Positions 55,997-64,000 of a stretch of 64,000 bases of DNA are shown here, in pieces. Position 1 is the first letter of the stretch; each line of letters opens with the position of its first letter. The notes below the pieces were generated by a model. That model did no database searches. It was not told the origin of the DNA and worked only from the letters and a program-made list of their open reading frames with translations. The position numbers and the translations under genes are program-made. Source of the stretch: Candidatus Latescibacterota bacterium (lineage in GTDB: Bacteria > Latescibacterota > UBA2968 > UBA8231); the NCBI GenBank assembly GCA_965243025.1, contig CBDETY010000003.1:6688001-6752000 (forward strand). Direction: 5' to 3'.

Positions 55997-57697
55997 GTGC
56001 GGGGCCCCGTACTGATTCCAGCTTTTTTTTCGCTGCTCTTCATTTTCGGCTGCGCCCGGGAACAGAGGGAAGAGGCTGCCGATGCCGTTCCCTCTGCCCG
56101 GGATGACAACGTCCTGGCGAGAGTCGGGGACGCGGGAATTTCCGTGGGTGATCTGTACAGGTTCACCGCGGAAATGCCGGCGGTGCTGCGTTCGGAACAG
56201 GAGGGAACCGAAGCGGTTCGCGACTACCTGCAGTCGATGATCGACAAGGAGTTGATGCTTCGGGAGGGGCGCAGTCTCAACCTTGCCGGGGACCCCTCGT
56301 TCCAGGCCGCATGGGACCGGGAGTTGCATGGCAAACTGGCTCAGGAGTACCTCACCAGGAACTTTTCTCCCAGTTCAGAAGACGAGCAGGTCGAGACTTG
56401 GAGAAAGCGGTTTGCCGACAGCAAATGGAGCCGCCTGCTTCGGCTCGCTCATATTCGCGTCGGCAGTCCCGGGGAAGCCCGGGAAATCGTTCGCCAGCTC
56501 GACGAGGGGCGTTCCTTCCCAGAAGCGGCCAGGGAGCATTCCACCAGCCAGGGCACGGCTGCTGACGGCGGTGTCATCGACGCCTGGATCGGGCGCGGAA
56601 ACCTGGGCGACCTGGGACTGCCCCTGGAAGTTGCAGAAGAGGTTTTCGAACTGCCGGCGGGGGAGGTGAGCCGCCCGTTCAGAATCGGCGGCGGCTACGA
56701 GATTCTCACGGTGGTCGAAGAGCGCGATGCCCCGGACTGGTACCTCCCGGTTTTCGTGCGGGTCGAGATCGAAAAGAGATTCCTCTCCTGGAGGGATGAT
56801 CTTGTTGCCGAGCTGGCCCGGAGCCACGGGGTTCGCATGGAGCCGGAGGCCGTCTCGGCGTTGCTGCAAGGGGCGCCGGCCGGCGGCAAGCCCCTCGAGC
56901 TGCCCGCCGAAGAGCAGGGACTGGTACTGTGCCGTTTCGATGGCAGGGAGTACAGCCTCGCGGACTTCGCCCGCGCCTACGGGAGCTTTTCCACCTTTCG
57001 CGCCATCGAATTCGACGACGAGGGAATTGAGGGGTTCGCGGTCAATCACCTGTTGCGGGACAGCCTGCTGGCAAGGGCCGCGCGGGACGCCGGTATCGAC
57101 AGCGATCCCGAAGTCCTGGCCTGGCTGGACAGCAAACGGGACAACATGATGATCGAAGCGCTGCGAAAACGGGAGGTAGACGACCGCATAACGGCCAGTG
57201 AAGAATCGATACGGCGATACTACGAGGAAAACAAGCACCGCTTCATGAGGCCGGCTGAAATCGCCGTGGCGGAGATACTGGTGAAGACCCGTGAGGAGGC
57301 TGAGCAGCTTGCCCGGAGGGTTCGACGCGGGGAAGACATAAGGAAGCTGGCCAGCCAGTACAGCGTCCGGGAAGACGTAGTGGTGGAAAACGGCGTCTTC
57401 CACATGCATCCCTACGAACGCGTGGTTTTCGGAGAATTGCTCGCAGAGGCGGAGGAGGCGGAGGTCGGCGAGTTGCGGGGACCGATCGAAGTCGACGAAG
57501 GGTTCTCAATGTTCGAGGTGGTAGAGAAGATCCCACCCAGACCGGACTCCTTCGAGCGGGCCCGCGGCAGGGCGGAGTTCTGGGTCAGGGACCAGCAGGA
57601 GCGGCGGTATTTCGGCGAGCTGCTTGCAAGGCTCAGAGAGAAGTACGCTACCGAAGTCGTCGTTCACGAAGACCGCCTTTTCAAAGTGCAAATCTGA
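55997..57697 (+). CDS. Parvulin (PpiC)-type peptidyl-prolyl isomerase lipoprotein with two rotamase domains (SurA/PrsA-like)
   Basis: GGAGG RBS with GTG and lipobox FIFGC. LAHIRV...FPEAAREHS...GEVSRPF and YYEENKHRF..AEILVKTREEAE..LASQYS. Confidence 0.85.
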   Translation: MRGPVLIPAFFSLLFIFGCAREQREEAADAVPSARDDNVLARVGDAGISVGDLYRFTAEMPAVLRSEQEGTEAVRDYLQSMIDKELMLREGRSLNLAGDPSFQAAWDRELHGKLAQEYLTRNFSPSSEDEQVETWRKRFADSKWSRLLRLAHIRVGSPGEAREIVRQLDEGRSFPEAAREHSTSQGTAADGGVIDAWIGRGNLGDLGLPLEVAEEVFELPAGEVSRPFRIGGGYEILTVVEERDAPDWYLPVFVRVEIEKRFLSWRDDLVAELARSHGVRMEPEAVSALLQGAPAGGKPLELPAEEQGLVLCRFDGREYSLADFARAYGSFSTFRAIEFDDEGIEGFAVNHLLRDSLLARAARDAGIDSDPEVLAWLDSKRDNMMIEALRKREVDDRITASEESIRRYYEENKHRFMRPAEIAVAEILVKTREEAEQLARRVRRGEDIRKLASQYSVREDVVVENGVFHMHPYERVVFGELLAEAEEAEVGELRGPIEVDEGFSMFEVVEKIPPRPDSFERARGRAEFWVRDQQERRYFGELLARLREKYATEVVVHEDRLFKVQI

Positions 57698-57718
57698 AAC
57701 CGGACGGGGTCAACGGGT

Positions 57719-58528
57719 ATGGTTGCCGAAAAGCAGAAAGAGGAGTATTACGACCGGGGGTACTTCATTACGGACGACGCGGTGCCGGCGGAAATGCTCG
57801 AGAACATGGTGGAGGCCGCAATCCGCGCAACCGCGAAGGTGCGCTCCGGTGCGGTGGTTACGGGGGGCGAGAAAGTGGAGGTCGACGGCGAGGGCAGCGA
57901 CGTGGAGCATATCGAAGGTGTGTTCGCCCCGGAATTCCAGGAACCGTTGTTCGCCGAGTACATGTGCTGCGACGAACTGCTGAACTATGTGACGGGATTT
58001 CTCGGAGAGAAGTTGCGCCTGGGATGGATGACCCTGTGTGTCAACGGGCCGGGCTACGACAGCGGTTGGCACCGCGACTTCGGGGCAGAGGAGCGGGACG
58101 GCAGCTACGAAGTCGAGATGGAGATCCTTGGCCGCAACATGAAGAACCAGTTCAAATGGAGCCTGGCCCTGAAGGACGATCCGTGCCTGCTGTTGGTACC
58201 GGGCAGCCAGCGCCGCTACCGCACCGACGAAGAGCGCGAGTGTCTGATAAACACCCGGCACAAGGACATTTCCGGACAGAAGGAAGTCTTTCTGAGAAAG
58301 GGCGAGACCCTGTTCTGGAACGGCAATACCATCCATCGGGGGAGGGCTCCGGAAGAGTTCGCGGGGCGGCTTACAGTTCGGGCCGGCATGGCGAAATACC
58401 AGGAGAACGAAGGAGTTGAAGACCTGGGGAACCGGTTTCGCTGGATGCGGGCGCCGAACGTCCGTGACGCCCTGCCCCGGAAACTCCATACTCCGTACGA
58501 CCGCTGGTTGGCCGTGCAGCCCACCTGA
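57719..58528 (+). CDS. PhyH-family Fe(II)/2OG dioxygenase
   Basis: YYDRGYFI, GWHRD, LVPGSQRR and TIHRG give the H-x-D...H triad. Confidence 0.88.
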   Translation: MVAEKQKEEYYDRGYFITDDAVPAEMLENMVEAAIRATAKVRSGAVVTGGEKVEVDGEGSDVEHIEGVFAPEFQEPLFAEYMCCDELLNYVTGFLGEKLRLGWMTLCVNGPGYDSGWHRDFGAEERDGSYEVEMEILGRNMKNQFKWSLALKDDPCLLLVPGSQRRYRTDEERECLINTRHKDISGQKEVFLRKGETLFWNGNTIHRGRAPEEFAGRLTVRAGMAKYQENEGVEDLGNRFRWMRAPNVRDALPRKLHTPYDRWLAVQPT

Positions 58529-58760
58529 AAGGTGCACCGCACGTTTCCATGCTCAGGAAGTCCAGGGCGGCCCCCAGGGCACCGAATCCGTCGTTGGGTC
58601 CTTCCTCGAACCTCCCCTGATCCACCGGGTCGCGCTCATTGGCCTGGCGCGCAATTCCGGGCTTCACCGCCAGAGTGACTTGCTCCAGCGCGCCAGGTAA
58701 CCGACACCCGCAATCCGAACACTCCAGCCCTATCTGCTGACCGCACGAAACCGGCTTCTG

Positions 58761-61508
58761 TTGGCGGCGGTGGTCCTGTCGGGAGCCGGCGGCCTGATCT
58801 ATCAGCTGGCCTGGACGCGTCAGCTGGCCAGCGTCACCAGCGCCACCTATACGGCGCAGGCTGTAGTTCTTGCCGTTTTCATGGCTGGACTCGGTGTCGG
58901 GGCCTGCTTCGGAGGCCGGCTGAGCAAGCTGCTGCAGCGCCCCCTTTACGGCTACGCCGCCTTCGAACTTGCCGCTGCCTTTCTGGCGGCGCTTTCGACG
59001 CTCCTGTTTCCCGCCTCGGGGGCGCTGCGGGAGATCGTTTCCGCCGCGGGGCTGTCCCCGGCAGCCGCTTTCCGGGGTCAACTGACCGCGGTCGCTGTGT
59101 TTCTGATGTTCCCTACCACCCTCCTCGGGGCATCGCTTCCCCTGTTGATCGAACAGGTCGATCGCGACAACGGCCCGCCTGGAAAACCGGAAACGGCTCG
59201 CTTCACGAGCCTGCTGTACTGCTGGAATACTCTGGGCGCGGCCGCCGGATGTCTTCTGGCCGGGTACGCGACGATCGAAATGTTCGGGTTGTCGCGCACG
59301 ATTTACTGCGGCGCCGCGTGCGCAGCCGGTGCGGCGGCCATGGCGTTCCTGATACAGGGCCGGGCGGCGGATGGCGGAGGTTTGCCGGAAACGGCCCGAG
59401 TCCCCGAAAAGCAGGGTGGCAGGCCCGCAGAAACCGGTTGGGTGCTGGGAGCAGCGGCAACGTGCGGGTTTGCGGGGATGGGTGCCGAGGTGTTGTGGAC
59501 GAGGCTGGTGTCGCTGGTCGTTCTCACCACTGCTTATGCCCTGGCCCAGGTCCTGGCTGCGGTATTGGCCGGCATCGCCATGGGGGCAGGTATGGCTGCG
59601 TTCGTCATCAGGCGGCAATCGGGCGCTTCCTCGCTGTTGGGGACCACGGGGGTCCTGCTCGCCATCGGCGCCGCAGCGATGGCTGCAGTACCGGCCGCTC
59701 TGCTGCATGTCGCCGGGCGCTATGAGGCGATGTTGCAGCTGGCCTCGGGCCCGTCGCCATGGTCGCTGGTGCTGATGCTGGTAGTGGCCCTGCCGTCGGC
59801 GCTGCTGGCTGCGGCCCTGCCGTTGTTGGTCGCGGCGATACACGCCCAGGGCCGCACAGCGAGCGCCTTCGGAATCCTGTATGGGGCAAACACCGCCGGT
59901 GCGGTTGCCGGAAGCCTTGCCATGGGGTTCCTGTTGCTGCCTCTGCTCGGATCCCGGGCCAGCGGAATCGCCTTGCTGCTGGCGGTTCTTTCGGTGAGCG
60001 CGCTGCTGATGGCCAGGGCCGGCGCCTCCATGCGGACGTGGGGGATCGCCGCGGCGGCGGCGGCGACTTCCTCCGTCCTGGCTTGCTTCGCCGACATTCC
60101 ACGGAATCTGTACGAGCGCCGGCTCGACGCCGGATGGGAGATCATGGAACTGGCCGAGGGGAGGCTGAGCGATGTCATGGTCGCGCAGGACTCCCGCGGC
60201 GTCCGCAGGCTGTGGATCAACTCCTCCTGGGTGGCCGGGACCGAGGGGGGCCACCGCCTCCTCGGCCACCTGCCTGCCCTCTTCGTCGAGCGGCCCAGGC
60301 GAGGCCTCGGAATCGCCCTGGGAACCGGGCAGACATTCGCCTCGGTCCTGCGTCACGGTGTCCGGGAACTGCACTGCGTCGAGTTGGACGCCGGGGTGAT
60401 CGAGCTGTCGAGGCGATGGTTCGCCAGGGCCAACGACGGCCTTTTCGACAAGCCTGGAGTCGTGCTGCACCATGACGACGGCCGCGCTTTCATGCGCGCC
60501 TCCAGGGAGCGCTACGACCTCGTGATCCTCGAACCCCTGCAGGCCTGGACCCTGGGCACGACGAACCTGTACACCCGTGAGTTCTACGAGGAAGCAGAGG
60601 CGATCCTGGCGCCCGGGGGCGTCCTGGCGCAATGGATCCCATTCTACGGTCAGAGCGTGCGGGACACGCGCGCCATGGTCAGGGCTGCCGTCGAAGTGTT
60701 CCCCAATGCGAGCCTGTGGCTCGATGACCACGACGGCATCCTCCTGCTGCAGGCGGAACCGCTCGTCCTGTCGCCTGGCAGGCTCGGGAAACGCATTCAC
60801 GACCGCAACGTCCGGCCGGAACTGGAGCGCAACCATGTGGAGGAAATCGAGGACATGCTTTCCCTGTTCCTGCTGGGACCGGAAGGGGTGCGAACCTGGT
60901 CCGAAGGGGTTCCGATCCTGAGCGACGATCATCCGTTCCTGGAGTTCTCCGCCGCCCGTCAGCTCGGCACGCAGGTGTATCGCGACATCCTTCGTTCGAT
61001 CATTCCGGAACTGGAGGATCCGGTGAAGTACGCGTCCGCCGGGGACAGGGATCGAAGTGCCGCTTCCGAAACCGGCCCGCTAATCGCCGCCGGGATGATT
61101 CGGAACGCCTTGCTCGAGGAGAGGAGCCTGGCGGTCGGAAGCCATGAAAAGCGCGCTTCCGCCCTGGAAAAGGGACTGGGGCGCGTCCCCCGATCCAGGC
61201 TGCTGCGGAAGAGATACAGCGACCTGATTCTCACTTGGGCGGAATCGGAGGGGAGGACGCCGGACGGGGCCGGGACGGCCGCGGCTATCTACCGGAGAGG
61301 CCTGGAGCATGCTCCCGGCCTGGGTGAAATCGCGGTCGAGCTCGCCGTTCTCTACGGAAGGCTGGGCGATTACGGGGCCGCGCGTGCAGCGCTGGAGCAG
61401 GCGGATTCTGACCCGCGCGTACGGGATTCGGTGAGGAAGGTCCGCCGCCGTCTCGAATCCGCGGAACTCAACCGGGCGGCGCGATTGCCCGGGATGTCAG
61501 GGGAGTAG
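58761..61508 (+). CDS. Fused MFS-like membrane domain / spermidine-synthase-like SAM-fold protein with C-terminal TPR-like region
   Basis: SGAGGLIYQLAWTRQL, FMAGLGVG, NTLGAAAG, IALGTGQT, VELDAGV, DDGRAF, NLYTREFY, LAPGGVLAQWIP and SDDHPFLEF. Start is uncertain. Confidence 0.85.
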   Translation: MAAVVLSGAGGLIYQLAWTRQLASVTSATYTAQAVVLAVFMAGLGVGACFGGRLSKLLQRPLYGYAAFELAAAFLAALSTLLFPASGALREIVSAAGLSPAAAFRGQLTAVAVFLMFPTTLLGASLPLLIEQVDRDNGPPGKPETARFTSLLYCWNTLGAAAGCLLAGYATIEMFGLSRTIYCGAACAAGAAAMAFLIQGRAADGGGLPETARVPEKQGGRPAETGWVLGAAATCGFAGMGAEVLWTRLVSLVVLTTAYALAQVLAAVLAGIAMGAGMAAFVIRRQSGASSLLGTTGVLLAIGAAAMAAVPAALLHVAGRYEAMLQLASGPSPWSLVLMLVVALPSALLAAALPLLVAAIHAQGRTASAFGILYGANTAGAVAGSLAMGFLLLPLLGSRASGIALLLAVLSVSALLMARAGASMRTWGIAAAAAATSSVLACFADIPRNLYERRLDAGWEIMELAEGRLSDVMVAQDSRGVRRLWINSSWVAGTEGGHRLLGHLPALFVERPRRGLGIALGTGQTFASVLRHGVRELHCVELDAGVIELSRRWFARANDGLFDKPGVVLHHDDGRAFMRASRERYDLVILEPLQAWTLGTTNLYTREFYEEAEAILAPGGVLAQWIPFYGQSVRDTRAMVRAAVEVFPNASLWLDDHDGILLLQAEPLVLSPGRLGKRIHDRNVRPELERNHVEEIEDMLSLFLLGPEGVRTWSEGVPILSDDHPFLEFSAARQLGTQVYRDILRSIIPELEDPVKYASAGDRDRSAASETGPLIAAGMIRNALLEERSLAVGSHEKRASALEKGLGRVPRSRLLRKRYSDLILTWAESEGRTPDGAGTAAAIYRRGLEHAPGLGEIAVELAVLYGRLGDYGAARAALEQADSDPRVRDSVRKVRRRLESAELNRAARLPGMSGE

Positions 61509-61581
61509 CGGCGTACCGACGCCCACTCAGAAACCGAAAGCTGTGCAGCCCTCCTGCCGATCTACCGGAACAGAGCCGCAA

Positions 61582-62565
61582 TCAGGACCTCCGCAGAAGG
61601 CGGCGGCCTCCGGCGAGCAGTTTCAGCAGCCGGCTCGGGAAGGCCTCGACGGCATAGTACGAAACCAGGCTGCCGCCGAATCCCCGCTTGAAAAAGGCGA
61701 TCCCCGGAAGGTTGGCGCCGACGAAGTCGAACCGGGGAAAGGGGGTCTGTTCGAGCAGCTTCCAGTAGAGAAAGGAAGTGGCCCCGCTTTCGCGAAAGGC
61801 GGGGTCGGCCCCGGAGACCCAGGCGTAGATGCTGTCGAAGCCGCGGGCGAATACGACTACCGAGGCGGTGCGGCCGGAGCCCTCGACCACCCGGTAGGCT
61901 TCGGTGAGGTCGCGTTCCCGCGCCCCGGAAGCGAAACTCCTCACGACGTCGGGAGCAACGGGAGGACGGTCCTGTCCGTAAACCAGCTCGTACAGCTGCA
62001 CCAGCTCGTCGAGGTCTTCGGCAGGCTCGAACCGGAATGCCTCCGATGCCTTGCGGATGACGGTGCGGGTGCGGCGTTCGAGACGGGACCAGACCGCCCC
62101 GGAGCCGCAGCCGAGGTCGGTGACGTAGGTGTACCGGGGCGCGGGGGCCCAGCCTGCCCAGGAAAACTCGCGGACGTCGGCGACTTCCGGGGCAAGGGTG
62201 AGGCGCACGTGTCCGTAGCGGCGTTCGAGGAATTCGATCAGGGCGCGGGTTTCCCCGCGCCGCTCCGACTCCTGCCGCGACGGCAGGTCGCTGGGGACCG
62301 GCCGGTGGATGAAGCCGCCGTGCGGCATCAGGGGCGGGGTGATCAACTGTCTGCCGCCGCGCCGTTCGAGGCCGCTGACCCCGGCCACCAGCTGTCCCTT
62401 CCTGTAGCAGCCGTAGCTGACGGCGCGGTCGCCGGTCGCTTCCCCGGCGCACTCGAGCCAGGCCCGCGTCGAGAATACCGTTCCGCCCACGGCGCCGCGC
62501 ACGAACTCATCCCAGTCGCCGGCGCCGCTCGCGTCGGCGATCTCGTACAGATCATCAGCGGGCAT
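61582..62565 (-). CDS. GNAT/FemAB-like acyltransferase-fold protein
   Basis: GAGG RBS. WDEFV..GTVF..W, YTYVTDL, RTVIRKA, FDFVGAN and FFKRGFGG. Confidence 0.82.
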   Translation of the reverse strand: MPADDLYEIADASGAGDWDEFVRGAVGGTVFSTRAWLECAGEATGDRAVSYGCYRKGQLVAGVSGLERRGGRQLITPPLMPHGGFIHRPVPSDLPSRQESERRGETRALIEFLERRYGHVRLTLAPEVADVREFSWAGWAPAPRYTYVTDLGCGSGAVWSRLERRTRTVIRKASEAFRFEPAEDLDELVQLYELVYGQDRPPVAPDVVRSFASGARERDLTEAYRVVEGSGRTASVVVFARGFDSIYAWVSGADPAFRESGATSFLYWKLLEQTPFPRFDFVGANLPGIAFFKRGFGGSLVSYYAVEAFPSRLLKLLAGGRRLLRRS

Positions 62566-62587
62566 TATCCCTCAACCATGGTCCTTG

Positions 62588-62616
62588 TTGACATCCCCAG
62601 AAGGCCAATCTATATT
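62588..62616 (+). promoter_or_regulatory. Sigma70 promoter upstream of the ilvC leader
   Basis: TTGACA (62588-93), 17 nt, then TATATT (62611-16), in an AT-rich island. Confidence 0.8.
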
Positions 62617-62658
62617 AACAAAATTAAACTTTATTCTAAACACTTGGGCCGCTTAGGT

Positions 62659-62787
62659 TTGCACTGCTCTTCAAACAGGATTCGCAAGACGGCTCCCGCC
62701 GCGCGCCGCGAAACCCCGACACCGGCCTCCCTGCGCATCCTCCCGATCATTACCCTGCTCCTCGGCCTTACCGCGCCGATCGAGTAG
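62659..62787 (+). CDS. Candidate Ile/Leu-rich leader peptide for ilvC attenuation
   Basis: Short ORF ending LRILPIITLLLGLTAPIE* between the promoter and ilvC. The start codon is uncertain (TTG 62659 or later). Confidence 0.5.
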   Translation: MHCSSNRIRKTAPAARRETPTPASLRILPIITLLLGLTAPIE

Positions 62788-62928
62788 GCTCCGCTCTTTC
62801 GCTACCGACAACCTCACCGAGAACGGAGCCTTGAAGAAATTCAAAGGCAGTGACCGAACTGTGTCTGTCGCGATGTCCGTCGAGACCAAACCGGTACTTC
62901 CCACTCAACACCCCAGGAGATGACGACG

Positions 62929-63918
62929 ATGCAGATGTTCTACGACGATGACGCCAACCTCGAACTGCTGGCGGAAAAAACCGTGGCGGTGATCGGCTAC
63001 GGCAGCCAGGGCCACGCGCACGCCCTCAACCTCAAGGAGAGCGGGGTCAGCGTCGTCGTCGGGCTCCGCGAGGGCAGCGCCCGCCGCGCCGAAGCGGAAA
63101 AGGACGGCCTCGCCGTGGCCACCGTACCCGAGGCGGCGAAGGCCGGCGACATCATCATGATTCTCATAAACGACGAGATCCAGGGAGCGGTGTTCAAATC
63201 CGACATCGAGCCCAACCTCGAAGAGGGGAACGCGGTGGCCTTCGCCCACGGGTTCAACATCCACTTCAAGCAGGTGGTTCCCCCGGACGACGTCGACGTC
63301 TTCATGGTGGCCCCGAAGGGCCCCGGCCACCTGGTGCGCCGGGTATACGAGGAAGGGGGAGGAGTTCCCTGTCTGCTGGCGATCGGGCAGGACGCCACCG
63401 GGCGCGCCCACGAAATCGGGCTCGCCTACGCCAAGGGCATCGGCGGCACCCGCGGAGGCGTCATCACCACGACCTTCCGCGAGGAGACCGAGACCGACCT
63501 GTTCGGCGAGCAGGTGGTGCTGTGCGGGGGCCTGACCGAGCTGATCCGCGCCGGCTTCGAGACCCTCGTCGAGGCGGGTTATCAGCCGGAGGTCTGTTAC
63601 TTCGAGTGCCTGCACGAAGTGAAGCTGATCGTCGACCTGATTTACGAGGGGGGCATCGCCAACATGCGCTCGTCGATCTCCGATACCGCCGAGTTCGGCG
63701 ATCTGACCCGTGGCAAGCGAGTGGTCACGGAGGAGACGCGGCAGCGGATGAAGAAGATCCTCGAGGAGGTGCAGAACGGACAGTTCGCCAAGGAGTGGAT
63801 GTTGGAGAACCGGGTGGGCCGGCCGGTCTACAACGCCCGCAAACGCCAGGACGCGGAGCACCAGATCGAAGAGGTGGGGGCACGCCTCCGCGGCATGATG
63901 AGCTGGCTGGAGGGGTAG
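62929..63918 (+). CDS. ilvC: Ketol-acid reductoisomerase
   Basis: [52 protein letters not shown] and [20 protein letters not shown] favours ATG 62929 over 62920. Confidence 0.97.
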   Translation: MQMFYDDDANLELLAEKTVAVIGYGSQGHAHALNLKESGVSVVVGLREGSARRAEAEKDGLAVATVPEAAKAGDIIMILINDEIQGAVFKSDIEPNLEEGNAVAFAHGFNIHFKQVVPPDDVDVFMVAPKGPGHLVRRVYEEGGGVPCLLAIGQDATGRAHEIGLAYAKGIGGTRGGVITTTFREETETDLFGEQVVLCGGLTELIRAGFETLVEAGYQPEVCYFECLHEVKLIVDLIYEGGIANMRSSISDTAEFGDLTRGKRVVTEETRQRMKKILEEVQNGQFAKEWMLENRVGRPVYNARKRQDAEHQIEEVGARLRGMMSWLEG

Positions 63919-64000
63919 GGTTCCCCGGTTCCGGCAACAGATACGAGTCCACAGTGCGCCTGGCCCGCACGCAGCTCGCGAGTGAAGCAACGATCCCGCC

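Noticed and set aside
58529-58760. Possible small gene or RNA between PhyH and the MFS/SpdS fusion
   Set aside because: Only short, motif-less frames on both strands, and no recognisable RNA structure.
58761-61508. Gene symbol speE
   Set aside because: The architecture is a membrane fusion and the D-x-x-D motif is altered, so orthology to true spermidine synthase is unsupported.

Overview
High-GC bacterial window of about 43 genes. I found no rRNA, tRNA, CRISPR array, transposase, integrase or reverse transcriptase. Housekeeping genes sit at both ends: a 5'-truncated M16C/PreP peptidase and ilvC. Between them is a large accessory region. (i) Six secreted proteins of about 660-800 aa end in an FlgD-Ig/'TPxGDGxND' C-terminal domain and a terminal A/S-V/L-A/V-Y. 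Four are close paralogs with hypervariable, partly Cys-bounded loops. (ii) Three paralogous ~635 aa multi-pass membrane proteins (DUF6785/6784-like, recalled and not searched) lie in runs directly behind those secreted genes. (iii) A putative outer-membrane protein, a lipoprotein and a PpiC chaperone form a cassette. (iv) One secreted protein and one gene remnant carry a second C-terminal tag (TAVExxxWxRIK). (v) Dpp/Opp-type and CUT1 sugar ABC components. (vi) Catabolic enzymes: 4 Gfo/Idh/MocA, an aldo/keto reductase, a lactonase-like amidohydrolase, an epimerase, an HpcH aldolase, a cupin and 3 PhyH dioxygenases, one of them fused to an XRE HTH. (vii) Two FG-GAP/ASPIC-UnbV proteins, an HTTM protein, an MFS-spermidine-synthase fusion and a FemAB-like GNAT. 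The content resembles Latescibacterota/Poribacteria-like FCB-associated lineages (inference). The main hypothesis is an undescribed, PUL-like surface capture and uptake system with a diversified binder array. Family names come from motif recognition only; no database searches were run.
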